The notes: generated by a model from the letters alone, not told the origin. Shown: positions 51,599 through 61,237, counted from the stretch's first letter. The stretch: DNA of 64,000 nt from an uncultured Pelagibacteraceae bacterium (GCA_902522895.1 CABYXD010000001.1:5223-69222), one strand, 5' to 3'. Made by a program: numbers and translations.

Positions 51599-53458
51599 TT
51601 AAGAAGCTTTTTTCTTCTCTTTTTCATCAACGATATGATAAACGGGCACTTTTTCCATTGTAAACTTACCGGTCTTAGGATCTCTTCTTGAAACTGTTAA
51701 GCAATGCCAATTATCATCATCTAGTTTCATAAAGTCACCTCTATAATAATATCCAGGCCACCTTGTTTCTTCTCTAAACATAGTGTGTTCCGTTACACAT
51801 TGAGAAGTAAGAGCCCTATGTTTAAGTTCCCAAGCTCTCATAAGTTGGTGATAATCCTCAGCACCAACGTTTTCAAGATCTTCCTCTAGCCATGCTAAAA
51901 GTTCTAAACCACGTTTTAGCATATTAGCATTAGTCATGTAATTATTTGCTATTCCACCAACATATTCATCCATAATTCTCTGCAATCTTTGTAGACCTTG
52001 AATTGGAGAAATATAACTGGGTGAAACGGTTCCTCCAGTTATTTCGTTTTGAGCAACTGTGTAGTTCTCAAGTGGTTTGTAGATTTTTGTTTTAAAATCT
52101 TCACATTGTTTATCCGTTATATTAATTCCATCTGCTTTTTGGTCTTCAATATATTTAACAGCAGCTTTTGCTGCTAATCTACCTTCAGTAAATGAACCAG
52201 AGGAAAATTTGTGTGCACTTCCACCCACTGTATCACCTGCTCCAAATAATCCGTCAATTGTAAGCATTCTATTGTATCCCCAAAAATATTCTGGTGGAGA
52301 TAAATCTTCTGGACCGCTTACCCAAGCTCCTGAACATGTTGCATGAGAGCCCATTACGTAGGGTTCAGATGTTGTTAATTCTGGATTTGTATATTTTGGA
52401 TCTATGTTTTGAGATGCCCAAACAACTGCTTGACCTACAGTCATTCCTAAAAAATTTTCCCAACCAACAGTTTCTAAATGTGGATCTTGGAAAGCTTCTG
52501 TTGTGACCATATGGATTGGTCCGCCACCAGCCATAGTTTCTTGAATAAAAGCATGATTTCTTAAACAAGTTGGAGTTGGGTGATGATCAATATATTCACC
52601 AACTAATTCTTTGGTTTGATCATACCATTTCTTCTCGTAGTTTTCACCATTTGCGTTTTGAGTATAAGTTTTTAGATGTAAGAAATAAGCACCGACTGGC
52701 CCATATCCATCTTTAAATCTACATAACACAATTCTATTTTCCATTTGTGTCATCTTTGCTCCAGCAGCAATGGGTAAAGCGTAAGCAGAACCATTACTCC
52801 AAGGCGCATACCAAGTTCTTCCCATTCCTTCACCAACGGCTCTTGGTTTAAATATATGTGAAGCACCCCCTGCTGCAACAATTACAGCTTTAGCTCTAAA
52901 TACATGAAAATCTCCTGTTCTCATGTTAAACCCAACAGCACCACCTACTCTATTTTCTTTAGCTTCATCCATTAAAAGATGAGTAATCATAATTCTATTG
53001 TAAATCTTATCTGCAGATTTTTTCGCAGCTTCAGCAACTATCGGCTTATAACTTTCGCCATGAATCATTATTTGCCATTTGCCTTCTCTTAAGTATCTGC
53101 CAGTTTCTTCATTTTTCATCATTGGAAGACCCCATTCATCAAACATATGAACTGTTGAGTCTACATGACGAGCCATGTCATAACCTAAATCCTCTCTAAC
53201 CATTCCCATTAAATCATTTCTTGCATATCTAACATGGTCTTCTGGTTGATTTTCACCCCATTGCATTCCCATGTAACAGTTTATTGCATAAAGGCCTTGT
53301 GCAACTGCTCCACTTCTATCAATATTGGCTTTTTCAACACAAATAATTTTCATGTCTCTTCCCCAGTGTCTAGCTTCAAAGGTAGCACCAGTGCCAGCCA
53401 TACCACCACCAACTACTAAAACATCACAATCTTCATAATGAGTTTTATGTTTTGCCAT
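51599..53458 (-). CDS. aprA: Adenylylsulfate (APS) reductase alpha subunit
   Basis: RSGAVAQGL.AIN, GKWQIMIHGESYK, GR.WYAPW, RFKDGYGPVGA, GHKFSSGS-like SAHKFSSGS, REETRWPG. Confidence 0.97.
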   Translation of the reverse strand: MAKHKTHYEDCDVLVVGGGMAGTGATFEARHWGRDMKIICVEKANIDRSGAVAQGLYAINCYMGMQWGENQPEDHVRYARNDLMGMVREDLGYDMARHVDSTVHMFDEWGLPMMKNEETGRYLREGKWQIMIHGESYKPIVAEAAKKSADKIYNRIMITHLLMDEAKENRVGGAVGFNMRTGDFHVFRAKAVIVAAGGASHIFKPRAVGEGMGRTWYAPWSNGSAYALPIAAGAKMTQMENRIVLCRFKDGYGPVGAYFLHLKTYTQNANGENYEKKWYDQTKELVGEYIDHHPTPTCLRNHAFIQETMAGGGPIHMVTTEAFQDPHLETVGWENFLGMTVGQAVVWASQNIDPKYTNPELTTSEPYVMGSHATCSGAWVSGPEDLSPPEYFWGYNRMLTIDGLFGAGDTVGGSAHKFSSGSFTEGRLAAKAAVKYIEDQKADGINITDKQCEDFKTKIYKPLENYTVAQNEITGGTVSPSYISPIQGLQRLQRIMDEYVGGIANNYMTNANMLKRGLELLAWLEEDLENVGAEDYHQLMRAWELKHRALTSQCVTEHTMFREETRWPGYYYRGDFMKLDDDNWHCLTVSRRDPKTGKFTMEKVPVYHIVDEKEKKKAS

Positions 53459-53928
53459 TAATAATAAACCCCTTTTTTAAATGAATTTTTTGGTACTGAC
53501 GGAAGTTCACCATCTATATTTAAACCTTCAGGCTCTAGGTATAATCTTTGTGAGCTTAGCTCACCTTGTTTAATTTTTTCACCATCAGCTAATTTAGGAA
53601 TAAATTTTCCCCATGGTTTAGTTGTAATTGGAGAAACAAAATCTTTAGTAGTTCCATTTCTAAATTTTATTTTCCATGAGATTGTCCCTTTTTCTTCTTC
53701 TCTTCTTACTCTCACGCTATGACCCATTGGAGCAAAATCGGCATAACCTCTAACATCAATTGCATGATTTGGACAAGCTTTGACACACGAGTAACACTCC
53801 CAACAAAAATTAGGTTCAATATTTTTTGCTCGTCTAATATTTTCATCTATGTGCATAATATCTGATGGACAAATATCAACACAATGGCCGCAACCATCAC
53901 ATCTAGTCATGTATACAAAAGTTGACAT
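53458..53928 (-). CDS. aprB: Adenylylsulfate reductase beta subunit
   Basis: CDGCGHCVDICP and CWECYSCVKACP; RGYADF; W.IKFRNG. Confidence 0.97.
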   Translation of the reverse strand: MSTFVYMTRCDGCGHCVDICPSDIMHIDENIRRAKNIEPNFCWECYSCVKACPNHAIDVRGYADFAPMGHSVRVRREEEKGTISWKIKFRNGTTKDFVSPITTKPWGKFIPKLADGEKIKQGELSSQRLYLEPEGLNIDGELPSVPKNSFKKGVYY

Positions 53929-53959
53929 AATTTAATTATTTCCTTTTCTAGTTAACATA

Positions 53960-54754
53960 TTAATAGTGTTTTGGCTCTTCTCTTTTTATACCTAGGCCAA
54001 ATTGCTCAGGTGCATCCGCTGGTGGAGGAAGATTATCTCTCGATCCATCAGCTTCAGCTAAATTTTTTTGTATTGCTGCTCCAGGTTTATAAAACATATG
54101 AGCAAATTTAGACCAATAAACACCACCAAATAAAATTAGATTTGAAGCCACAAATAAAGTTAAAAATAAAAATGAAAGACCAGATTGTCCGTTAAACTGC
54201 GTGTAAGACCATGCTAACCCAAAAGTTGAACATGCTAATAAGGCTAAAACAAATAAGTCTGCTTTAATAATTCTATACCAAGGATGAGCTTCTGCTGAAA
54301 CATCAACTCTTAAGAAAAACCAAAACCAATACCCACCAATACATGTTAAAATTGCACCAACATGCCATAGCATTGACCACATTGATGATGAAGATTTATC
54401 AGAACCAGTATAGCAAAATACTAAAACAGCAGATGACAACCAAAATATAATTGTTCCATACATTCCAAGTACATGCGAAAGTCTTCTTTTTCCAAATCCG
54501 AGCTCTGAAGTAGTACCAATATCAACAACTGTTGTTTTAGCTATTATAGAAACTTTCTCTGTAACACCTATTTCTCTTGTCGCTTGGAGTTTAGCTTTCT
54601 TAGCATTATTAAAAAAATACGTAATATTTTTGTGATGTATCATTTGAATAATTGTTCCAAGTGCAATCAATACAATCATAGCAATTATAAAGCTCTGCAT
54701 TGCAAATGGTGGAACCGTTTCAGCTAATAAAGAAAATGGATTATTATTTAACAT
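53960..54754 (-). CDS. aprM: AprM membrane anchor of APS reductase
   Basis: Multi-TM protein directly upstream of aprB; RR..H..GMYG, GGYWFWFF.RVDV, WSKFAHMFYKP. Confidence 0.9.
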   Translation of the reverse strand: MLNNNPFSLLAETVPPFAMQSFIIAMIVLIALGTIIQMIHHKNITYFFNNAKKAKLQATREIGVTEKVSIIAKTTVVDIGTTSELGFGKRRLSHVLGMYGTIIFWLSSAVLVFCYTGSDKSSSSMWSMLWHVGAILTCIGGYWFWFFLRVDVSAEAHPWYRIIKADLFVLALLACSTFGLAWSYTQFNGQSGLSFLFLTLFVASNLILFGGVYWSKFAHMFYKPGAAIQKNLAEADGSRDNLPPPADAPEQFGLGIKREEPKHY

Positions 54755-54811
54755 TCTACCCTTAAGTTAAATTATATTGAATTAATTTTATTGTTTTCTA
54801 ATCTAGTTATT

Positions 54812-54840
54812 TTCATAATTCAACCTTATCAATTAGTCAA
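54812..54840 (-). promoter_or_regulatory. Candidate sigma-70 promoter of aprMBA
   Basis: Minus strand TTGACT-N17-TATGAA, 57 nt upstream of the aprM start. Confidence 0.45.
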
Positions 54841-54871
54841 TATGACCTTAATAACAACCACTGATTTACAT

Positions 54872-55264
54872 TTAACGTTTATAATGCTGATTTTGAGGGA
54901 TTACAGACCTAACACCACCTTGGGGATTCTCAACGTCTCCTTCTCTACGAGGAATCAAATGAAAATGGCAATGCAAAATAGACTGACCAGATATTTTACC
55001 AATATTTGTACCTAAATTAAAACCTTTTACTTTTTTATCTTTATCAATAATTTCATTCTTAATTATTTTAATAAGTTTATTACATGCAATTAATTCCTCA
55101 TTTGATAAATCAAAATAATCTTTGATATGTCTTTTAGGAATTATTAGACAATGATATTTTGATACAGGATAAGAGTCATAACTTGCATAGGCAAGATCAT
55201 TTTCATAAACACTTCCACTTTGTTTGATGTTACAAAATAAACATGGGTTATTTGGATTATTCAT
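54872..55264 (-). CDS. HIT-family nucleotidyl hydrolase/transferase
   Basis: CLFC, YPVS..H.LIIPKRH, GQSILHCHFHLIPR histidine triad. Confidence 0.93.
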   Translation of the reverse strand: MNNPNNPCLFCNIKQSGSVYENDLAYASYDSYPVSKYHCLIIPKRHIKDYFDLSNEELIACNKLIKIIKNEIIDKDKKVKGFNLGTNIGKISGQSILHCHFHLIPRREGDVENPQGGVRSVIPQNQHYKR

Positions 55265-55268
55265 ATTG

Positions 55269-56042
55269 TTAAAATCTATGATGATTACATTTGATAATTG
55301 CTGAACGATAATATTTTGAAAATATTTGATATTGATTCAATTTTTTTCTTTTCCAACCAATTTCTTTTATAGTTTTTACCGTTACAACTCCCTTGCCAGA
55401 ACCAATTAATAAGATTTCATCATAATTATGTAATTCTTTAAGTAAAATATCTTTTTTAAATATTTTTTTAAATTTTGAATTAAAAAATTTATAAGTATTT
55501 CCTTCATAATAATCTTTTTTTGGTGAATATACTTTTTTATTTTTAATAAATAAAAGATTAGAGGTCCCAGTCTCTAAAACTTTTTTGTTACTAATAAGAG
55601 CAATATCTGATTTAGAATTATCCATTTTTTTTAAATGTGATAAAATTTTTTTATATTTTAAATTTTTATGTTGAGGTTTTTCACGTTTTAAATTTACAAG
55701 TTTTAAATTAAAATCTAATTTTGGACGTATTCTTTTTCTGAATGATATAGAAATAATTTTTTTGTTTACAGCAATTCTGAGTAAATGGTTATATTTTTTT
55801 TTTGTGGTTAGATTTTTATTAATAATTTCAAGTATATTTTTTTTAAGAAATCTTTTTTTAATTCCAAATATTTGAAGTGACTTAATTAAATTTTTAATAT
55901 GACTATCAAAAAATAAAATCTTTGGTGGTTTACCAAAAATCCACATTGTTGTGAAAATGCCATGGTTTTCCCATAAATCATTAAAATCTATTTCTTCTAA
56001 ATCTTTAAGTCGATAAGATCTTTTTAATAAGTAAGTTACCAT
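55269..56042 (-). CDS. pabC: Aminotransferase class IV, aminodeoxychorismate lyase-like
   Basis: GIFTTM, HKNL Lys, LETGTSNLLF; follows pabA and pabB. Confidence 0.7.
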   Translation of the reverse strand: MVTYLLKRSYRLKDLEEIDFNDLWENHGIFTTMWIFGKPPKILFFDSHIKNLIKSLQIFGIKKRFLKKNILEIINKNLTTKKKYNHLLRIAVNKKIISISFRKRIRPKLDFNLKLVNLKREKPQHKNLKYKKILSHLKKMDNSKSDIALISNKKVLETGTSNLLFIKNKKVYSPKKDYYEGNTYKFFNSKFKKIFKKDILLKELHNYDEILLIGSGKGVVTVKTIKEIGWKRKKLNQYQIFSKYYRSAIIKCNHHRF

Positions 56043-56562
56043 TGTTAGTTAAAAATGACTCTGGGTGAAATTGAAATCCATAAATTTTATCTTTGTTGTT
56101 TTCAAAAGCCATTGCCACTTTTGATTCTAAACATCTCATAGTTATCTCAAAATCTTTAATTTTAAAAGGTTCTTTTAATTTTAAAGAATGGTAACGACCT
56201 ACTTTGAATTTTTTACCTTTTTTAAATAAAGACTTATTATTTATAACTTTAATATTTGATTGAAACCCATGATAAATTTTTTTTTGCTCAACTATTTTAG
56301 CTCCTTCACAAAATAAAATTTGCTGAAAACCTAAACAAATACCAATAATCTTCTTTTTTCCTTTAAAATTTTTATAAATTTTTGATGTTAACGGATAATT
56401 TTTTGGGTTTCCTGGTCCAGGAGAAAAGATAATTGTAGAGGCTTTTTCAAGTTTATTTCTATTTACTTCGTTATAATTATCACACTCAACTTTATCATAT
56501 AGTGAGAGTTGATGTACAACATTATGAGTGAATGAGTCGTTATGGTCAATTATGTAAATCAT
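56005..56562 (-). CDS. pabA: Aminodeoxychorismate/anthranilate synthase component II (glutamine amidotransferase)
   Basis: IDHNDSFT, SPGPG, GICLG.Q, RYHSL, QFHPES. Confidence 0.85.
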   Translation of the reverse strand: MIYIIDHNDSFTHNVVHQLSLYDKVECDNYNEVNRNKLEKASTIIFSPGPGNPKNYPLTSKIYKNFKGKKKIIGICLGFQQILFCEGAKIVEQKKIYHGFQSNIKVINNKSLFKKGKKFKVGRYHSLKLKEPFKIKDFEITMRCLESKVAMAFENNKDKIYGFQFHPESFLTNNGNLLIKKILST

Positions 56563-57713
56563 TTAAAAAGGTCAATTAATGCTTTTGCTTTGATATAATT
56601 TTCATTAAATTCATGTTTGGCGTTACTATCAACAACTACACCTGAAGCTACTGAAATTTCTGAAATATTTTTAAAATTTAAAATTGATCTAATAATAATA
56701 TTAAATCTCATGTCTCCATTAAATTTTATGTATCCAAAACTACCTGTATAAATATTTCTATTTTCTTTTTCCTGCTTATTTAAAAGATTGAGAGTATTAA
56801 TTTTTGGACATCCAATTACAGATCCTCCTGGCATCATAGCTTTAATAATATCAATATTATTAATATTTTTCTTAAGTTTACCTTTAATCAAGCTTACATA
56901 ATGAAAAAGATCTTTATACTCTTCAACAACTTTAGTTTTTGATAATTTAACCGATCCAACCTTACATATTCGAGATAAATCATTTCTTTCCATATCAACA
57001 ATCATGTTGTGCTCTTTTGTTTCCTTTAGGTTTTTTCTAAAATAATTTAGAGCTTTTACTTTATTCATACTTCTTATTTTTTTTACTGTTCCAGCTATAG
57101 GTTTTGAAGTTATTACAGAACCTTTTTTAGTTATCAGATTTTCTGGAGAACAGCTAATAACAGAGTAATTTTTATCTCTAATCATAAAAGCTTCTGGTGC
57201 TAAGTTTGTCTTAGATAATCTGCAAAAGAAATCTAAAGGATTAATTTTTGATCTTGTTTTATACTTAGTGCAAATCTTAATTTGATATGTTTCACCACGT
57301 TTAATTCTTTTTTGAAAGCTAGCAAAAATTTTTGCATAAGCGTTTTTATTGATATTAATCTTAAAATTACTTTTTTTATAACTATTTTTTTTTTGATACT
57401 CAAGTTTATTACTAAGCTCAATTATTTTTTCAGGTTTATAAAAAATACCTTTAGGAAAATTAATATTTTTTTGCTTAGGTATTTTAATGTTAATCAAATT
57501 ATTTAATATCTCATAACCTAAGAAGCCAATAAATAAATCAGTTTTTTTTGATTTTCCTTTATATTTTTTACTCAGAAAATTTTTAACATTTCTATTATTC
57601 AAGATAATTTTTTTTGAAAAATTTGTATAAAGATTAAATCCCTTTTGAGATTTATAAATAATATAAGGCTTACCTGAATGATGAAGGTCCGCTAATTGAT
57701 TTTGTTTACTCAA
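56559..57713 (-). CDS. pabB: Aminodeoxychorismate synthase component I (chorismate-binding, short N-terminus)
   Basis: GETYQ, SPE, PIAGT, EHNMIVDMERNDL, PGGSVIGCPK, NIIIR. Confidence 0.85.
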   Translation of the reverse strand: MSKQNQLADLHHSGKPYIIYKSQKGFNLYTNFSKKIILNNRNVKNFLSKKYKGKSKKTDLFIGFLGYEILNNLINIKIPKQKNINFPKGIFYKPEKIIELSNKLEYQKKNSYKKSNFKININKNAYAKIFASFQKRIKRGETYQIKICTKYKTRSKINPLDFFCRLSKTNLAPEAFMIRDKNYSVISCSPENLITKKGSVITSKPIAGTVKKIRSMNKVKALNYFRKNLKETKEHNMIVDMERNDLSRICKVGSVKLSKTKVVEEYKDLFHYVSLIKGKLKKNINNIDIIKAMMPGGSVIGCPKINTLNLLNKQEKENRNIYTGSFGYIKFNGDMRFNIIIRSILNFKNISEISVASGVVVDSNAKHEFNENYIKAKALIDLFK

Positions 57714-57714
57714 T

Positions 57715-58935
57715 TTATTCTGTTTTAAGTCTTAAAACTGGTTCTTCCTTAATTGGTAAGTGTATTATTGCTGCGAATACAGATAAAGCAATTGCTAAAT
57801 ACCACGCATAATCATACGACCCGTAAAGATCGTGAAACAGGCCTCCTAGATATGCGCCAAAAAATGATCCTATTTGATGACTTAGAAAAACAATTCCATA
57901 TAAAAGACCTAAATATTTTGTTCCGAATAAATGTGCTACAATTCCGCTTGTAGCCGGTACTGTTGAAAGCCATAAAAAACCGAAACTTGCTCCAAATATA
58001 AATGCACTCAAATTACTTGCTGGTGTGAATATAAATAAAATTATTGATATACCTCTTAAAAAGTAAATTGCACTGAGGATAATTTTCTTACTCATTTTAA
58101 CTGAGAGATATCCACTCAATAATGAACCAAATATATTAAATAAACCAATTAATGATAATATTGCAGCTGCAGTCCAATCCTCAAGGCCTCTATCTATCAC
58201 GTATTTTGGAACATGTGTTCCAACCAAAGTAATATGAAAACCACATACAAAAAAACCAGACACTAATAATATATAGCTTTTAGTTTTAAATGCTTCAGAA
58301 AGAGCTTCTTTAAATGTTTGTTTTGATATTTGTTCTACGCTCTCAGCTTTAGATGGTGATCTAACAAAATATGCTGCAAACAAGCCTGTGAATAAAAATA
58401 GTAAAAAAATGAATAAGGTATAATTCCAACCAAATTGAGATAGTGAATAATTTGTAAAAATCGGAGAGAGAAAATATCCAAAAGATCCAACAGCTGTTAC
58501 AAAACTCATTGCAATTGTTCTTGTTGATAGTGGAAAATGCTTTCCAACAACTGACATGGGAATACTTATGGCTGTGCCACCTAACCCAATGCCTATTAAT
58601 AAACCCATATGGATTTGAAAAAAAATACCAGTATTCGGGCCAGTATAAAGAAAATAGATACCAAGAGTATAAAATATAAATGCAGAAATTATTGCAACAT
58701 GGCCACCATATCGATCTGCAACTGCTCCAAAAATTGGACCTGTAATGCCCCACATTAACATTTGAATACCTATAGCAAAACCAAATGCAGTATTACTAAT
58801 ATTCAAACTTTCATTAAAATCTATAAAAAATAATCCAAAAACTTGTCTTACTCCAAGTGAAATTAAAACAACAAAGCATGCAGCAAACAAAGTTACTATT
58901 GCAGTTTTGGATTTAAAAAAATTTTCTGAGGTCAT
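57715..58935 (-). CDS. MFS transporter
   Basis: About 12 TMs; GAVADRYG, FFVCGFH, HQIGSFFG. Confidence 0.9.
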   Translation of the reverse strand: MTSENFFKSKTAIVTLFAACFVVLISLGVRQVFGLFFIDFNESLNISNTAFGFAIGIQMLMWGITGPIFGAVADRYGGHVAIISAFIFYTLGIYFLYTGPNTGIFFQIHMGLLIGIGLGGTAISIPMSVVGKHFPLSTRTIAMSFVTAVGSFGYFLSPIFTNYSLSQFGWNYTLFIFLLFLFTGLFAAYFVRSPSKAESVEQISKQTFKEALSEAFKTKSYILLVSGFFVCGFHITLVGTHVPKYVIDRGLEDWTAAAILSLIGLFNIFGSLLSGYLSVKMSKKIILSAIYFLRGISIILFIFTPASNLSAFIFGASFGFLWLSTVPATSGIVAHLFGTKYLGLLYGIVFLSHQIGSFFGAYLGGLFHDLYGSYDYAWYLAIALSVFAAIIHLPIKEEPVLRLKTE

Positions 58936-60107
58936 TTTAAATGTCTTATTGCTTGTCTTATATCTGCAATTAAGTCATTTGGGTCCTCAAGACCTATATG
59001 TAATCTGACAAGATGTTCATCCTTTGCTAAATCTAAATATTTTCTGCTTCCTGTTTCTCTAAATTCTTGGTGTAATGCTAAACTTTCAAACCCTCCCCAG
59101 CTATAACCATATCCAAAAAGATTAAGTGAATTAACAAATTTTCTAACAGAATTAATGTTTTTTGATTTTATTTTTAAACCCATTAAACCTGAAGCACCTG
59201 AGTAATATTTTTTCCACATTCTAAAATTTTCAGAATTCTTTTTAAAAGGATATAACAATTTAAATTTCTTATTTTTTGATAAAAAAGTAGCAACTTTTTT
59301 TGCATTTTCTCTATGACGATCTAACCTAACGTCAAGAGTTCGTAATCCACGTGTAATTAAATAAGCATCATCAGGTCCTAATCTTAAACCTGTAATTCTC
59401 TCAGCATTATAAACTTTTTGAAAAACTCTTTTACTAACTGCTAAACTTCCACCCATAACATCTGAATGACCAGAATAATATTTGGTTGCTGACACAATAG
59501 ACATGTCAAAGCCTAGTTTTATTGGTTTTAAAAAGTATGGAGTTCCCCATGTATTATCGATTGCAGTAAAAATTTTATTTTTCTTTGCAATAGAAAGAAT
59601 TTTCCCAAGATCTTGAAAATCAAATGTATTGCTTCCAGGGTTTTCAACAAATATTAATTTTGTTTTTTTTGTAATATTTTTTCTTAACGTTTCTAAATCT
59701 CTTGGATTATAAAAAATTGTTTTTATATCAAATTCTTTTAAAAATTTTTCTGTTAACAATCTTGTTGGGCTATAGACTGGATCTGCAACTATGATTTCAT
59801 CCCCTGGACGTGTGACACTAAATATTGCTAAAAAAACAGCACCAAAACCAGTGGGTGTTGTAAAAACATGATAACTTTCTTCAAGCTTAGTAAGTATTTT
59901 TTGCAATATGTAAGTTGTTGAAGTTCCTTGTCTTCCATAATCATAATGCCCGCCTATTGGATTTTTTTGAGCTTTCTTTTGAGTCTTTCTTATATCATGC
60001 ATTGACTTAAAAATAATAGTTGATGCCCTAACAACTGGAGGATTAACAGACTGATTATGAAAGTCTTTTGCTGTATGTTTTAAAAATGTTTTAAAAGATT
60101 TTGACAT
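58932..60107 (-). CDS. metC: Cystathionine beta-lyase (start moved to MSKSFKT)
   Basis: VNPPV.RAST, YGRQGT, DNTW, SATKYYSGHSD PLP Lys, GYSWGGFESL, RLHIGLED. Confidence 0.9.
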   Translation of the reverse strand: MSKSFKTFLKHTAKDFHNQSVNPPVVRASTIIFKSMHDIRKTQKKAQKNPIGGHYDYGRQGTSTTYILQKILTKLEESYHVFTTPTGFGAVFLAIFSVTRPGDEIIVADPVYSPTRLLTEKFLKEFDIKTIFYNPRDLETLRKNITKKTKLIFVENPGSNTFDFQDLGKILSIAKKNKIFTAIDNTWGTPYFLKPIKLGFDMSIVSATKYYSGHSDVMGGSLAVSKRVFQKVYNAERITGLRLGPDDAYLITRGLRTLDVRLDRHRENAKKVATFLSKNKKFKLLYPFKKNSENFRMWKKYYSGASGLMGLKIKSKNINSVRKFVNSLNLFGYGYSWGGFESLALHQEFRETGSRKYLDLAKDEHLVRLHIGLEDPNDLIADIRQAIRHLK

Positions 60108-60182
60108 AAAAAAATTGATAACTTTAAAAGACAATGCTATATCCAAGCCATAATTTCAATTAAATTATAACTAAAGGATAAG

Positions 60183-60266
60183 ATGGGTTACCCAAAAAAA
60201 CATAGAGGCCGAAGAAAACAGGGCTCTAAAAAAAGAAGAGCAAAAAGAAAAAATAAGAAGAAATAA
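60183..60266 (+). CDS. 27-aa highly basic peptide (not in ORF track)
   Basis: Manual translation MGYPKKHRGRRKQGSKKRRAKRKNKKK; AAGGA RBS just upstream; stop 7 nt before the next ATG. Confidence 0.7.
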   Translation: MGYPKKHRGRRKQGSKKRRAKRKNKKK

Positions 60267-60273
60267 CTTTTAA

Positions 60274-60981
60274 ATGGACGAAATCAATAAGGTTAAATCC
60301 ATTAGTATATGGATTTTTATCGTGCCGTTTATTGCGGTTAACACATGCCTAATATTAATTACACAATTTCAAGGGCTTTTTCCAAATCAAGAAGATATTA
60401 TTCATAATACAATTCCATATTTTGATGGTGGAGCTTCTATCAGTAGAACGGCGAGACCCTATCCATCATGGCTAGTATTTAAGCCTGCTATGTTTCTAAC
60501 ATCATTTCTTTTAATTAAATATTGGTTGTATAATAAAAGTATAATTTTATTTTTTGATAAAAATCATAAAAATATTAATAAAATATTATATTTCGGAATT
60601 GCCTCAGCTATTGCTTTAACAATCCATTCAATTTTTTTAGGAATTAAATTTGATAATGATTTTTACAAACTATTTAGAAGAATAATCATGTTAATGTTTA
60701 TAGTGTTTGAAATTGTTGCTCAAGCATATCTTGTTAGCACATTGTATTCGTTTAGAGATAAAATTTCTAAATATATAAATAAAAGATATTTAATTTTAAA
60801 AGTTTATTTAGTGAGTATTTTGATTTTAGTAGCAGTTTTAAGTATTCCAATTATAAGTCTTCCAGGAAATGATTTTTTTGGTTTTAACCTTAAATTTTTT
60901 AAACATGCTTTAGAATGGGATTACTTTGTAGGTGTAATTTCATTTTATTTACTTACATTTTTAATGTGGAAGAAAAATTAA
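60274..60981 (+). CDS. Hypothetical multi-pass membrane protein
   Basis: 235 aa, about 6 TMs, PYFDG..SISRTAR and EW motifs (Frag1/DRAM-like pattern, tentative). Confidence 0.75.
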   Translation: MDEINKVKSISIWIFIVPFIAVNTCLILITQFQGLFPNQEDIIHNTIPYFDGGASISRTARPYPSWLVFKPAMFLTSFLLIKYWLYNKSIILFFDKNHKNINKILYFGIASAIALTIHSIFLGIKFDNDFYKLFRRIIMLMFIVFEIVAQAYLVSTLYSFRDKISKYINKRYLILKVYLVSILILVAVLSIPIISLPGNDFFGFNLKFFKHALEWDYFVGVISFYLLTFLMWKKN

Positions 60982-61036
60982 TAAAAAATTTTTATTAATT
61001 ATATGAAATATAATAAATATCATTATAAATACTAGT

Positions 61037-61237
61037 ATGAAAAGTTTAATTTTAGTTTTTTATATTTATTTTATATTCTTGGTAAATAATGCTCACGCAT
61101 ATTTAGATCCAGGTACTGGAAGTATAATTTTACAAGCACTTTTAGGAGCAATAGCGGCAACTGCTTCCTATATTATTTTTTATTGGAATAAAGTTAAAAC
61201 TTTTTTAAAAAAAATATTCAACAAAAAAAAGACGTAG
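61037..61237 (+). CDS. Small membrane protein with AHAYLDPGTGS motif
   Basis: 66 aa: signal peptide ending AHA, YLDPGTGS, one TM, basic tail. Confidence 0.8.
   Translation: MKSLILVFYIYFIFLVNNAHAYLDPGTGSIILQALLGAIAATASYIIFYWNKVKTFLKKIFNKKKT

Noticed and set aside
51599-54754. Dissimilatory sulfate reduction
   Set aside because: AprM-type anchor, no qmo, dsr or sat in the window, and an aerobic alphaproteobacterial context point to the oxidative direction
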